From an uncultured Verrucomicrobiae bacterium (GTDB lineage Bacteria > Chlamydiota > Chlamydiia > Chlamydiales > Rhabdochlamydiaceae): a DNA stretch of 64,000 nt. Shown one piece after another: positions 1 to 9,694 of the stretch. The notes under the pieces were generated by a model. The model ran no database searches. It was not told the origin of the DNA and saw only the letters and a list, made by a program, of their open reading frames with translations. The stretch covers positions 1,152,001 to 1,216,000 of the forward strand of contig CAWDYW010000001.1 of the NCBI GenBank assembly GCA_963806855.1, in the 5' to 3' direction. Each line of letters opens with the position of its first letter. The stretch's first letter is position 1. Position numbers and translations under genes: made by a program.

Positions 1-882
1 CATGATCCCTGGGTCGTAAAATCCGGCCACATAGATGGGGATATGGATCTCCTTCATGCCGGTGATCCCTGCGCTGGAATAGGCCAAATACCCCTTGTCG
101 CCGATTCGCACCCCATTATCGCGGAAATTTTTGGCGATCAAAACCCCCGAATAGGAGTCTGCCTGGGGAAGCTGATTTTTCTGGGCAAAGGAGAGGGCCA
201 GATTAAAGCGGTGCTTGAGGAAATTGAGGTTGTGGATGTCTTCGGCTCTCGGAGGGAGGATCAGCTCGGACAGGTGAGGATTTTTTTCAGGGAAGGAGGC
301 GAGATAGGAGACATTGGTCAGCTGACTCTGCATCTCCATTAGCCCCTGATCTTGACGGACGAGCTCGAGCCGCAGCAAGGCCCCGCTAAGCTCGACATCT
401 TGGAATGTGAGACCCTTTACGCTCGTTGTGAGCCCTTCTAGCACCCCGAGAGCCCCCTTAATCGGATCCCTGAGATTGCCAGTTTGGTCTAGATCAGGCT
501 TGGCCAGGAGGGTTGGGAGCTCCTCGTCAGATTCGGGGTCGTAGGGGTTCGATAGGAGGCTGGCGGCCTTTTGCCCAATCGTTTTGGACATGTAGTGGGA
601 GGCGGCGCTATACCGGTCGACGTTGTAATAATAGGAGGAAAAGTACTCTGGTGTTGGCTGCAGCCGCAGAGGGGCGTTGAGGGCGGTCAACTTATGGGTC
701 CAGGTCCGCTCTAGCCCTTCGGTCACAGACAAAAAGACTACCACTAGCCAGACGACTAGAGTGATCACCGCCACAGATAAAAGAGCGATCAGAGAAACAG
801 AAAGCTGTTTCCTCTGTGGGGTAAGATATTTTTTGATAAATGAAAATTCAAACAAATTACTTTGCTTCTTTGAAGGCGACAT
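1..882 (-). CDS. LolC/E (FtsX-like) ABC transporter permease, chlamydial CT151-like; runs off the window start; start ATG 882 or TTG 855
   Basis: Translated by hand: ..LFEFSFIKKYLTPQRKQLSVSLIALLSVAVITLVVWLVVVFLSVTEGLERTW..YFSSYYYNVDRYS..PIYVAGFYDPGIM; directly downstream of rpmG as in Chlamydia. Confidence 0.85.
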   Translation of the reverse strand, partial: MSPSKKQSNLFEFSFIKKYLTPQRKQLSVSLIALLSVAVITLVVWLVVVFLSVTEGLERTWTHKLTALNAPLRLQPTPEYFSSYYYNVDRYSAASHYMSKTIGQKAASLLSNPYDPESDEELPTLLAKPDLDQTGNLRDPIKGALGVLEGLTTSVKGLTFQDVELSGALLRLELVRQDQGLMEMQSQLTNVSYLASFPEKNPHLSELILPPRAEDIHNLNFLKHRFNLALSFAQKNQLPQADSYSGVLIAKNFRDNGVRIGDKGYLAYSSAGITGMKEIHIPIYVAGFYDPGIM

Positions 883-1018
883 GGCGCTTCAAACTTTTAT
901 CGTATTTTTTTAATTCTAGACGATCAGTTGTATTGCGCTTGTTCTTCATTGTCCAATAGACTTCGTTGCTTTCGCTGCTTTTCAACTTAATTTTTTCGCG
1001 GGCACCTTTCTTTGCCAT
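857..1018 (-). CDS. rpmG: 50S ribosomal protein L33
   Basis: 53 aa, absent from the ORF track: MAKKGAREKIKLKSSESNEVYWTMKNKRNTTDRLELKKYDKSLKRHVAFKEAK; AGGAG RBS upstream. Confidence 0.95.
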   Translation of the reverse strand: MAKKGAREKIKLKSSESNEVYWTMKNKRNTTDRLELKKYDKSLKRHVAFKEAK

Positions 1019-1132
1019 CGTAGACTCCTTAGAGATTTAGAATAAATCATATCGGAAGGGGGGATAAAGCTCAACTGATTTTAGAAAGACAATTTAAACG
1101 CAAAGACGCAGCGATAGTTATAAGGAGATTTA

Positions 1133-1215
1133 AACGCAAAGACGCCAAGGCGCAAAGATGCAAAAAATTATTTTTTTCTTTTTTTTGCGTCTTTGCGCCT
1201 TGGTGTCTTTGCGTT
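1133..1215. repeat. Palindromic repeat family A (CGCAAAGA 8-nt period arms, A/T-tract centre), copy 1; partial extra arm at 1097-1110
   Basis: AACGCAAAGACGCCAAGGCGCAAAGATGCAAAAAA...TTTTTTGCGTCTTTGCGCCTTGGTGTCTTTGCGTT; related copies at 16277, 22396, 33047. Confidence 0.85.
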
Positions 1216-1241
1216 GAAAACAGTTTAACTACAAGAGCCAG

Positions 1242-2591
1242 TTAAACAGTTTGGTGCCCTAAAAAGCGATAAATATCATTTCGGGCGGTCGTGTAAGCTG
1301 TCTGGGCCAAGTTAGAGGCGTTAGTTGCCACCGACGAGACGGTATTGAGGACCCAACCACCTGCTTGCGCGGCTAAACGGCCGATCGCAATGGCGACGTT
1401 GACCATAGGGGTCACCACATAGGTATTGCCAAGCTCAAGCAGATCGACCACTCGGTTCCCTGCCCATTGGAGTGCTATGCCAACTGGGTAGAAGCAATAG
1501 TCTTTTGCGAAATCCCAAACGGCGTTAGCTGCTTGCTCGAGGGGAGGGAGGAGAGTGTCTCGGGCAAAGACGAGCACGTCGATGACCCGGTTGACTGTCC
1601 AACTGAGGGCTGCTTTGATCGGCTCAAAGAAATAGGTCGTGGCAAGTTCAGCGACTTGTCTCATCAGATTGGCTAGTGGAGTGATGATGTAATCACGGGC
1701 GTTATTTCCAATCCACTGGACGAGATGCGCAATTGGAGTGAAGATGTAGTCCTGGATGTTGTTCCCAAGCCAAATGATTCCGTCTCGAACGATCTCAGTG
1801 ATCCTGCTTGCCAGATTGAAAAGAGGTTGGAGGATGTACTCGTTTGCAAGATGGATCACATCGATGATCCGATTGCCGACCCATTGCATTGCTTGGAAAA
1901 GAGGTTCAAAGAGATACTGCTTTGCTAATTCCAGGGCGCTGTGAGCGAGATTGGCTATCGGAGTCAGGATATAGTCACGGGTAAATTCTAATACGATGAC
2001 GATCTTATCCTTCGCCCAAAGTGCCACAGTCACGATTTTATCTTGCACCCAGAGTGCGGCAGTTGTGACAGCGGGGACGATGTATTGGCTGTAAACATAA
2101 CTGACTTTATCGACGATGGGTTGCACGACATGTTGGTGGACATAAGTGATCACTTCGACTGTTTTATGGCTAAGCCATTGAATCTTCTCGATACTTGGTT
2201 CAAGGACATAGGTGCGGAAGAGTCGTGCTGTTTCAGGAGCTCCAGTTGTGATGATCCAACGGGGAAGCTGATAACAGACCATATAGGTAGGGACGAGAAC
2301 GGTATAGGCTGTGTATTTCCCAGCAATAAAGAGTCCATTTCCGCCGATTTGCATATAGCTGCCTAAGCTCTGATATCCTTTGCTCATCAGGGCAACTCCG
2401 CCACTTTCCAGAGCATAGCCGGCAAGTGCCATGGTTCCTCCTGCGACAACAACTCCGCAGGCTATTTTCGCAGCAAAAATCGCATTTTCACGAGTGAATA
2501 GAGACGCGGCGAGCGACTTAACTGCACCTTTATTCTCTACAATCGGTGTTAGGATTGTTGGTGCGGCTGAAGTAACTCTTTCAATGCCCAT
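1242..2591 (-). CDS. Hypothetical protein with N-terminal hydrophobic segment and amphipathic helical YxxxP repeats
   Basis: 449-aa ORF, AGGAG RBS; recurring YILTP/YLFEP/YILQP/YIFTP/YIITP/YFFEP/YVVTP. Confidence 0.8.
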   Translation of the reverse strand: MGIERVTSAAPTILTPIVENKGAVKSLAASLFTRENAIFAAKIACGVVVAGGTMALAGYALESGGVALMSKGYQSLGSYMQIGGNGLFIAGKYTAYTVLVPTYMVCYQLPRWIITTGAPETARLFRTYVLEPSIEKIQWLSHKTVEVITYVHQHVVQPIVDKVSYVYSQYIVPAVTTAALWVQDKIVTVALWAKDKIVIVLEFTRDYILTPIANLAHSALELAKQYLFEPLFQAMQWVGNRIIDVIHLANEYILQPLFNLASRITEIVRDGIIWLGNNIQDYIFTPIAHLVQWIGNNARDYIITPLANLMRQVAELATTYFFEPIKAALSWTVNRVIDVLVFARDTLLPPLEQAANAVWDFAKDYCFYPVGIALQWAGNRVVDLLELGNTYVVTPMVNVAIAIGRLAAQAGGWVLNTVSSVATNASNLAQTAYTTARNDIYRFLGHQTV

Positions 2592-2606
2592 CTGATTTTC
2601 TCCTTT

Positions 2607-3071
2607 TTATGCTCGATCTAATTCGGGAGCAGCAGTTTTTAGTTCTTCTTTTGAAATGACTGGTTCAACGGATTTTTGAGGGCTTTCGTCAAACAATAAA
2701 CCAAGTGCAAAGGATCCTAAACCTAAAACACAGTAGACTCTGAATTCTTTGAAGCTGGTTTGCGCATAACTGTAATCTATATCGATTTGCTGTCCAACAT
2801 AGTTAGCTGCGTAAACTGTTGCAACAATTGGTGTGATAATAAGGGCTATGTTTACAATCATCTCTGCTACAGAATATTGATTCTCTTTGTCTGATGGGGT
2901 AGGGGGGATCCACAAATAATTGGCAGCAGACCTAAGAGCAGCTCCACTGACTTTGGCTGCAAGTCCACCAAGCGCAGCGGCTTTAGGATCAGCCCAGCCA
3001 AAGAGGGCGCAGAGGCCAGCTGTGTAAGCTGAACCTTTTAAAGAATCAACTATGAAATCTGAATGAGCCAT
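2607..3071 (-). CDS. Hypothetical membrane protein (Inc-like)
   Basis: 154-aa ORF, AGGAG RBS, several hydrophobic segments; co-oriented with the downstream gene. Confidence 0.7.
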   Translation of the reverse strand: MAHSDFIVDSLKGSAYTAGLCALFGWADPKAAALGGLAAKVSGAALRSAANYLWIPPTPSDKENQYSVAEMIVNIALIITPIVATVYAANYVGQQIDIDYSYAQTSFKEFRVYCVLGLGSFALGLLFDESPQKSVEPVISKEELKTAAPELDRA

Positions 3072-3160
3072 GGAATTTCTCCTTTTTGATTAAGATTCCA
3101 ATTATTTTACACGATTTTCACATTCCTGAACAAGCCCAAAGATTGTTGACTAATAAAAAT

Positions 3161-4552
3161 TTAATTCGATAGATTTTCCAATTCTATATTCTGGTCCAGC
3201 TCTTTCCATTTTTCTCTTGACGCCCGGATGAGGAAGGCAGCTCCAAAAATCAGCGAATCGCAGGCCATGATCAGCCACAATTTGTCGGGGCCCCAATTGA
3301 AGACGTTCATGGCGAGATAGGCGGGCAGGTAGGAGGTGAGCCAAACAAACATGATCGTGAACATGTAGAAGGTGACATCGCGGGCGGCGGTCACGAGGCT
3401 TAAGGCTACCGCATTGAAGCCATAGCAGAAGAAAAAGAACCAGATCCAGATGCAGGCCCGTTTCAGGATGACCAGGGAAGCGGGAGCTGGGGGTGTCTGG
3501 AAGAAAAAGGAGAGGGTAAATTCGGGGAAAAATAGCAGGGGGATCGAGAGGAGGGCGGTGGTGCTGAGTAGAAGGGTCAGTCCAGAGCGGACCAGTTTCC
3601 ACATGGAGGGGTAATCTTTGGCACCCAGAATATTGGAGGCGATGGTGATCATCCCTTGCAGCATCCCATCATTGATAAAGGTGAAGAAAAGGATGAGGGT
3701 TCCACCGATCGATAAGACCATCAGGTGGTCGCCTCCCTTTAGGGTCATGATGCGGGAGGTTGAAACCCAGGCGGTCAAGATGATGATACGGGCGATTGCG
3801 CGGGGAAGGCCGATGCGCAGCTGCCCCCAGAAATTCTCCCAGTCGAATTTGTATTGATTGGTTCCAAAGGTTTTTCGCTCTTTTCTGCGGAGGAAGAGGA
3901 TGAAAAGAATAATGCAGAAGACCCCTTGAGCGATCCCCGTCGCTAAAGCGGCGCCAAATACTCCCATTGGGGGTAGCACTCCCTCGATGCCGAATATGAA
4001 GAAATAATCGAGGACGATATTGACGCTATAGGCGATGAGGGTGGTTAGGAAGATGACCCCCGTTCTCCCTTGGCCGATGAAGTAGGAGGAGATCGCTGTC
4101 CCAAGAGGAAAGAGGAAATTGATCGCCATCATCGTCGAGAAGTAGGTGTTGGCGGGGTCGCGGACGGTAGTTCCCTCAAAGAAGAAGGGGGCGACAAATT
4201 GGCTCGAGGGTAGCGTGACGAGCATGGAGAGGATTGAGAGCCAAATCATTTGCCAGACAGAGGCGCCAATTTGATCGGTCTGATTCGATCCATACTGGAG
4301 GCCGACAAAAACCTGTGCCATCGAGGCAATCCGGATGATCGGGTGTTGAAATAGCATGCAGAGATAAAATGCGCTCACTGTTCCCTGCAGCGCTTCAAGG
4401 GAATAATGGGCGAGAAAGAGCCGATCGCAAAAATTCATGAAACTGGCAGAGAACAAGCTAAAGATGAGGGGAACGCAAAGGAAGAGGAGCTCGCGAAAAC
4501 TCGCTTTGGGGAACCGCGTGAGCGGCCGGTGATTCAGATTGACATCTTCCAT
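3161..4552 (-). CDS. MATE family efflux transporter
   Basis: 463 aa, about 12 TM; DRLFLAHYS, NIVLDYFFIFG, MGVFGAALATGIAQ. Confidence 0.92.
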   Translation of the reverse strand: MEDVNLNHRPLTRFPKASFRELLFLCVPLIFSLFSASFMNFCDRLFLAHYSLEALQGTVSAFYLCMLFQHPIIRIASMAQVFVGLQYGSNQTDQIGASVWQMIWLSILSMLVTLPSSQFVAPFFFEGTTVRDPANTYFSTMMAINFLFPLGTAISSYFIGQGRTGVIFLTTLIAYSVNIVLDYFFIFGIEGVLPPMGVFGAALATGIAQGVFCIILFILFLRRKERKTFGTNQYKFDWENFWGQLRIGLPRAIARIIILTAWVSTSRIMTLKGGDHLMVLSIGGTLILFFTFINDGMLQGMITIASNILGAKDYPSMWKLVRSGLTLLLSTTALLSIPLLFFPEFTLSFFFQTPPAPASLVILKRACIWIWFFFFCYGFNAVALSLVTAARDVTFYMFTIMFVWLTSYLPAYLAMNVFNWGPDKLWLIMACDSLIFGAAFLIRASREKWKELDQNIELENLSN

Positions 4553-4687
4553 AGGGGTGCTCTATCAGTTTTGTAATGAGCAGTTAAGAACCATACAGAA
4601 AAGATTAATTCTTCACAAATTTTTTAAGGAGGTAAAAAATTATTTTAACTAAATTAGACAGATCAGGTATGAGCCAATTAGAGGTGG

Positions 4688-5017
4688 ATGATGAAAAAGT
4701 GGCTTATCCTTTTAGCGGTTCCTGCGATGGCGATTTGTAATCAGGGGGAATTTTTGATTGATGTGGAGCAAGAGAATGTTCTAACGAATCTGGCGCTCGA
4801 TCCATTTGCGGAAGATTTTGCCTCTCAAGAGCTTACAATTTTTGAGCTCGATGAAAAAGATGTCTGTATGACTTTTTGGTCTGATGAAATCCTCGCCAAA
4901 GATCTAAACGATAATTTCAGCTTTGAAGATCCCTTGAGCGGCGATTTTGTCCCCAGCCCCGAGCATGTTCCTTCGCCTCAGAGCTGCACTTTCGATATTA
5001 AAAACCTGCAGCCCTAA
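4688..5017 (+). CDS. Hypothetical exported acidic protein
   Basis: Signal-peptide-like MKKWLILLAVPAMA; GAGG RBS. Confidence 0.65.
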   Translation: MMKKWLILLAVPAMAICNQGEFLIDVEQENVLTNLALDPFAEDFASQELTIFELDEKDVCMTFWSDEILAKDLNDNFSFEDPLSGDFVPSPEHVPSPQSCTFDIKNLQP

Positions 5018-6015
5018 AAAGGGATACGGGTCTGCGGCTGCAGATCTAGGGGGTCGCTCACGCCATTAAAACGGACAAATCCAAGCCCGGCAATCATCGC
5101 CCCATTGTCTAGACTCAAGCCCCCTTTCGGCCAATAAACGGGGATATCGGCCTTCAGTAGTTCTCGCAGTCTCCGGTTGTTGCTCACCCCGCCGCCGACA
5201 TAGATCGCCCGGCAGTTAAAGGTCTTGGCAGCCAGCAGCGCCTTTGCCGCAATATCGCCAAGCGCCGTCTCTTGGAAGCTGGCGGCGACGTGACATTTTT
5301 CCTCTTGGCTAATCGCATTTGCCCCCTGTTTTACCCCATTTTGCCCTTTTACGGTGTAGAGGACGTTGGTTTTGAGACCGCTGAAAGAAAAGTCCCACGG
5401 TTGCCCCTTTACTTTTCCAGCTTTATAGGGGAAACGACGGGGATCGCCCATTTTGGCCAAGGCCTCGACTTCCGGGCCGCCTGGATAGGATAGGCCGAGC
5501 AGGGTCGCCACTTTATCAAAGGCCTCGCCCACAGCATCGTCGACAGTGGTGCCGATCATTTCATATTGGCCCACTTCTAGAATCTTGGCGATAAAGGTGT
5601 GGCCGCCCGAGACGACAAGGCCCAAAGCGGGGAACTCAAAGGCCTGATTTGACATCATGGCAGCATAGAGGTGGGCCTCCACATGGTTGACCCCAATAAA
5701 GGGCTTTTCCCAGGCCAAAGAGAGGGCCTTGGCTGCATTGAGGCCGATCAGCAGCGGCCCGATCAGCCCCGGCCCCTTGGCGACGGCGATCAGGTCGATC
5801 TGCTGGGGGACGACCTTGGCAGTCTCCAAGGCCTCTTGAATCGTCGGAATGACCATGTCGACATGTTGCCGGGCCGCCATTTCAGGGAAAACCCCGCCAA
5901 ATTTCCGATGGAAAGGGCTTTGCGAGGCGATCACGTTCGAAAGGATCGTGATCCCATCCTCGACCACCGCGACAGCAGTCTCATCACAGGTTGTTTCTAT
6001 TCCTAAAGTCAGCAT
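5014..6015 (-). CDS. tsaD: tRNA N6-adenosine threonylcarbamoyltransferase TsaD
   Basis: LGIETTCDETAVA, GGVFPEMAARQH, VNHVEAH, DDAVGEAFDK, DNGAMIA. Confidence 0.97.
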   Translation of the reverse strand: MLTLGIETTCDETAVAVVEDGITILSNVIASQSPFHRKFGGVFPEMAARQHVDMVIPTIQEALETAKVVPQQIDLIAVAKGPGLIGPLLIGLNAAKALSLAWEKPFIGVNHVEAHLYAAMMSNQAFEFPALGLVVSGGHTFIAKILEVGQYEMIGTTVDDAVGEAFDKVATLLGLSYPGGPEVEALAKMGDPRRFPYKAGKVKGQPWDFSFSGLKTNVLYTVKGQNGVKQGANAISQEEKCHVAASFQETALGDIAAKALLAAKTFNCRAIYVGGGVSNNRRLRELLKADIPVYWPKGGLSLDNGAMIAGLGFVRFNGVSDPLDLQPQTRIPF

Positions 6016-6032
6016 GGGTTTCCAGTATAGCA

Positions 6033-6064
6033 AAAAAAACATGGGAGGAAACTCCCATGTTTTA
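6033..6064 (-). terminator. Rho-independent terminator of paralog 1
   Basis: AAAACATGGGAG-TTTC-CTCCCATGTTTTTTTT on the minus strand; near-identical copies at 6932 and 7868. Confidence 0.8.
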
Positions 6065-6086
6065 GTTTTGAAGGTTGAGTTGAGGA

Positions 6087-6848
6087 TTAAGGATTTAATC
6101 CAAGGATTTCAAAGCACCCTTGCTGAATTTTGGTAGCATTAAAATGCATCAAGTCTGGCCATACACCATCTCTAAGATCTTGTGCTAGATCCGCACAGCC
6201 TTTTCTGAGCTGTACCACTTCATCCATTATTTTCTTGTTTGCTTCTTGTATTAAGCTTTTTTCATAGGGGTTGAGTTCAACAGGTGTTTCTTTAAGGTAA
6301 AATGCAGGTTCTCTATTTAGAAAAAGTGACCAGCTAGTATCCTCTTTTGAAAAGGCGCTTAGGATATCTTTGCGGAAATAGGCTGCTGTGCAAAGTGCAG
6401 CGGCTCCGAGGACGAAGAAGGCGATTCTCCCTTTGTTCTCTAGCGCAATTTCCCCCCAACCTTTAGCAGGTGCAACAACTTCTGGTGGGGTTCTAGGTGT
6501 TTTGATCTCTTGTTTGTTTTCAGCCTCGATTTGTGTTGAATAGCCAAAGACCCCTTTAAAGGCTTCAATAGTCGCATGTCCGGCTAATGCTGTTGAATCC
6601 TTTAAATTATTGAAGGGCGCATCTGTAATTGGATAAAGCAGAACTGAAAGAGCTGTCAATGTCGCTTTGACGATTGTTTCAACAGTTGCTAAAAGTCCAA
6701 GAGCAGTGTTGGTCGGAATTCTAACCACAACTTTTCCAGCCGACATCAAGAATCCGTCTGTTTCTTTGTTGATAGTGAACGTATTTTGAACTGCGTTGAC
6801 AGAACGAGCCATTGTCCATTTGTCTTCAGGAGTTAGTAGTACAGGCAT
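6087..6848 (-). CDS. Tandem paralog family member 1, membrane-anchored candidate effector
   Basis: 253 aa; N-terminal domain and TM (IAFFVLGAAALCTAAYF) shared with neighbours. Confidence 0.85.
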   Translation of the reverse strand: MPVLLTPEDKWTMARSVNAVQNTFTINKETDGFLMSAGKVVVRIPTNTALGLLATVETIVKATLTALSVLLYPITDAPFNNLKDSTALAGHATIEAFKGVFGYSTQIEAENKQEIKTPRTPPEVVAPAKGWGEIALENKGRIAFFVLGAAALCTAAYFRKDILSAFSKEDTSWSLFLNREPAFYLKETPVELNPYEKSLIQEANKKIMDEVVQLRKGCADLAQDLRDGVWPDLMHFNATKIQQGCFEILGLNP

Positions 6849-6876
6849 ATTATTACCTCTTGTTTATGTTCTTAAT

Positions 6877-6905
6877 ATGATAACAAATTAAATGATAATT
6901 TGTAA
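6877..6905 (-). promoter_or_regulatory. Putative sigma70-type promoter conserved upstream of paralogs 1-3
   Basis: TTACAA-17 bp-TATCAT with TGn extension; the same arrangement (TTACAA-17-TATCAT/TACTAT) precedes the starts at 7722 and 9549. Confidence 0.55.
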
Positions 6906-6931
6906 GATATAATATATTTTTTTATTAAAAT

Positions 6932-6962
6932 AAAAAAACATGGGAGAAAACTCCCATGTTTT
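6932..6962 (-). terminator. Rho-independent terminator of paralog 2
   Basis: CATGGGAG-TTTT-CTCCCATG followed by T-tract on the minus strand. Confidence 0.8.
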
Positions 6963-6984
6963 AGTTTGAAGCTTAAGTCGAGGA

Positions 6985-7722
6985 TTAAGGCTTTAATCCA
7001 AAGGTTTCAAAGCACTCTTGCTCAAATTGGGTAGCATTAAAATGCATCAAGTCTGGCCAGACACCATCTCTAAGAGCTTGAGCTGTATCCGCACAGCCTT
7101 TTCTGAGCTGCACCACTTCATCCATTATTTTTTTCGAAGCGTCACGGATATATTGTTGTTCTAGAGTGAGTTTTCTAACAACATCCTCAGGCTTGCTATT
7201 GTCCACTCTTGAAAAGGCGCTTAGGATATCTTTGCGGAAATAGGCTGCTGTGCAGAGTGCAGCTGCTCCGAGGACGAAGAAGGCGATTCTCCCTTTGTTC
7301 TCTAGCGCAATTTCCTTCCAACCTTTAACAGGTGCACCTTTTGGTGGGGTTGTAGTTGGTCGGGTTGTAGGTGCTTTGATCTCTTTTTTGCTTTCAGCCT
7401 CGGTTTGTGTTGAATAGCCAAAGACTCCTTTAAAGGCTTCAATAGTCGCACGTCCGGCTAAGGCTGTTGAATCCTTTAAATTATTGAAGGGTGCATCTGT
7501 AATTGGATAAAGCAGTGCTGAAAGAGCTGTCAATGTCGCTTTGACGATTGTTTCAACAGTTGCTAAAAGTCCAAGAGCAGTGTTGGTCGGAATTCTAGCG
7601 ACAACTTTTGCAGACGACTTCCAGAATCCGTCTGTTTCTTTGTTGACAGTGAATGTATTTTGAACTGCGTTGACAGGACGAGCCATTGTCCATTTGTCTT
7701 CAGGTGTTAGTAGTACAGGCAT
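6985..7722 (-). CDS. Tandem paralog family member 2
   Basis: 245 aa, near-identical to member 1 except the linker and post-TM segment. Confidence 0.85.
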   Translation of the reverse strand: MPVLLTPEDKWTMARPVNAVQNTFTVNKETDGFWKSSAKVVARIPTNTALGLLATVETIVKATLTALSALLYPITDAPFNNLKDSTALAGRATIEAFKGVFGYSTQTEAESKKEIKAPTTRPTTTPPKGAPVKGWKEIALENKGRIAFFVLGAAALCTAAYFRKDILSAFSRVDNSKPEDVVRKLTLEQQYIRDASKKIMDEVVQLRKGCADTAQALRDGVWPDLMHFNATQFEQECFETFGLKP

Positions 7723-7867
7723 ATTATTATCCCTTGGTTATGTTTATGTGCTTAATATGATAACAAATTTAATGATAATTTGTAAGATGTAATTAATTTT
7801 TTATTAAAAAATAAAAAGCATGAGGAATAATTACTCTAATGCATAATTTGATCTTTAATTAAATAGC

Positions 7868-7898
7868 AAAAAAACATGGGAGAAAACTCCCATGTTTT
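7868..7898 (-). terminator. Rho-independent terminator of paralog 3
   Basis: Same hairpin plus T-tract as at 6033 and 6932. Confidence 0.8.
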
Positions 7899-7980
7899 AG
7901 TTTTTGTGTGGTTTTGAGAAGAAGATTAAGTGTCTGCTGTATAGTTATTTTCGAACTCCAATTCTTCAGCGCCCAATTGT

Positions 7981-9549
7981 TTATTTACTGTTGATTTTTT
8001 TTGTGTAGCAGCCATAAAAAGGTGTACAAAAAGTTTCATCGGATGCTTCAGGTTTTTTAGGCCCTGACGAAAGAGGTTTGCTTTTGTCCACTGTAGGTAC
8101 GACGACGGTTGAGGAGTTAGTGGAATTTGCTTTGCCCAATTGTTTATTTACTGTTTGATTGAAGCTTCCGACGGTTGAGGAGTTAGTGGAATTTGCTTTG
8201 CCCAATTGTTTATTTACTGTTTGATTTAAGTTTCCGACGGTTGAGGAGTTAGTGGAATTTGCTTTGACCAATTGTGTATTTACTGTTTGATTTAAGCTTC
8301 CGACGGTTGAGGAGTTAGTGGAATTTGCTTTGCCCAATTGTTCCTTTACTGTTTGATTTAAGCTTCCGACGGTTGAGGAGTTAGTGGAATTTGCTTTGCC
8401 CAATTGTGTATTTACTGTTTGATTTAAGCTTCCGAAGGTTGAGGAGTTAGTGGAATTTGCTTTGCCCAATTGTGTATTTACTGTTTGATTTAAGCTTCCG
8501 AAGGTTGAGGAGTTAGTGGAATTTGCTTTGCCCAATTGTTCATTTACTATTTGATTTAAGCTTCCGACGGTTGAGGAGTTAGTGGAATTTGCTTTGCCCA
8601 ATTGTGTATTTACTGTTTGATTTAAGCTTCCGAAGGTTGAGGAGTTAGTGGAATTTGCTTTGCCCAATTGTTCATTTACTATTTGATTTAAGCTTCCGAC
8701 GGTTGAGGAGTTAGTGGAATTTGCTTTGCCCAATTGTTCATTTACTATTTGATTTAAGCTTCCGACGGTTGAGGAGTTAGTGGAATTTGCTTTGCCCAAT
8801 TGTTCATTTACTATTTGATTTAAGCTTCCGACGGTTGAGGAGTTAGTGGAATTTGCTTTGCCCAATTGTTCCTTTACTGTTTGATTTAAGCTTCCGACGG
8901 TTGAGAGGTCAGTGAAAGTTGCCTTGTATATTTGAGGAGTTTCAGGCGAAAGAGTTTTGGGATTGGGCACTTTAGATACGTCGGGTGAGAAGAAAGTGGA
9001 ATTTACAGCGCATACTTGAGGAGATTCAGAGTCAAATTGAGGTTTTTCATGGGGGAAGCAAACATTGGGATTGGGCACTTTTGAGAAGGCGCTTAGGATA
9101 TCTTTGCGGAAATAGACTGCTGTGCAGAGTGCAGCCGCTCCGAGGACGAAGAAGGCGATTTTCCATTTGTTCTCTAGTGCAATTTCCCCCCAACCTTTAG
9201 CAGGTGCTGGTGTGGTTGTAGGTGTTTCGATCTCTTTTTTGCTTTCAACTTCGATTTGTTCTGAATAGCCAAAGACCCCTTTAAAGGCTTCAATAGTCGC
9301 TCGTCCGGCTAATGCTGTTGAATCCTTTAAATTATTGAAGGGCATATCTGTAATTGGATAAAGCAGCGCTGAAAGAGCTGTCAATGTTGCTTTGACGATT
9401 GTTTCAACAGTTGCTAAAAGTCCAAGAGCAGTGTTGGTCGGAATTCTGGCCACAACTTTTGCAGCGGATTTCCAGATTTGATCTGTTTCTCGGTTGATTG
9501 TGAACGTACTTTGAGCTGCGTTGATAGGACTAGCCATTAGTGTGGGCAT
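7981..9549 (-). CDS. Tandem paralog family member 3 with 22-aa Asn/Ser/Thr-rich repeats
   Basis: 522 aa; shared N-domain and TM, then 12 x (STVGSLNQ[T/I]VNxQLGKANSTNS). Confidence 0.88.
   Translation of the reverse strand: MPTLMASPINAAQSTFTINRETDQIWKSAAKVVARIPTNTALGLLATVETIVKATLTALSALLYPITDMPFNNLKDSTALAGRATIEAFKGVFGYSEQIEVESKKEIETPTTTPAPAKGWGEIALENKWKIAFFVLGAAALCTAVYFRKDILSAFSKVPNPNVCFPHEKPQFDSESPQVCAVNSTFFSPDVSKVPNPKTLSPETPQIYKATFTDLSTVGSLNQTVKEQLGKANSTNSSTVGSLNQIVNEQLGKANSTNSSTVGSLNQIVNEQLGKANSTNSSTVGSLNQIVNEQLGKANSTNSSTFGSLNQTVNTQLGKANSTNSSTVGSLNQIVNEQLGKANSTNSSTFGSLNQTVNTQLGKANSTNSSTFGSLNQTVNTQLGKANSTNSSTVGSLNQTVKEQLGKANSTNSSTVGSLNQTVNTQLVKANSTNSSTVGNLNQTVNKQLGKANSTNSSTVGSFNQTVNKQLGKANSTNSSTVVVPTVDKSKPLSSGPKKPEASDETFCTPFYGCYTKKINSK
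8104..8905. repeat. Intragenic tandem repeat, 66-bp unit x 12
   Basis: Unit start GA(C/A)GGTTGAG recurs every 66 nt from 8104 to 8896. Confidence 0.95.
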
Positions 9550-9637
9550 ATTATTACCTCTTGGTTATTTTTATATGATTAATATAGTATCAAGTTTCGA
9601 TATAATTTGTAAGATGTAATTAATTTTTTATTAAAAT

Positions 9638-9670
9638 AAAAAGCATGAGAGGAAAATCCTCTCATGCTTA
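9638..9670 (-). terminator. Rho-independent terminator of paralog 4
   Basis: AAGCATGAGAGGA-TTT-TCCTCTCATGCTTTT on the minus strand; degenerate copy near 7814-7845. Confidence 0.75.
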
Positions 9671-9694
9671 ATTTAATCTTTAATCTAAAGATTT

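Noticed and set aside
8104..8905. 66-bp periodic array as a CRISPR array
   Set aside because: Units are contiguous with no unique spacers, length is a multiple of 3 and in-frame within a CDS; no cas genes in the window.
6087..9549. Diversity-generating retroelement explaining the paralog variation
   Set aside because: No reverse transcriptase in the window; differences include indels and block swaps rather than adenine-specific changes.
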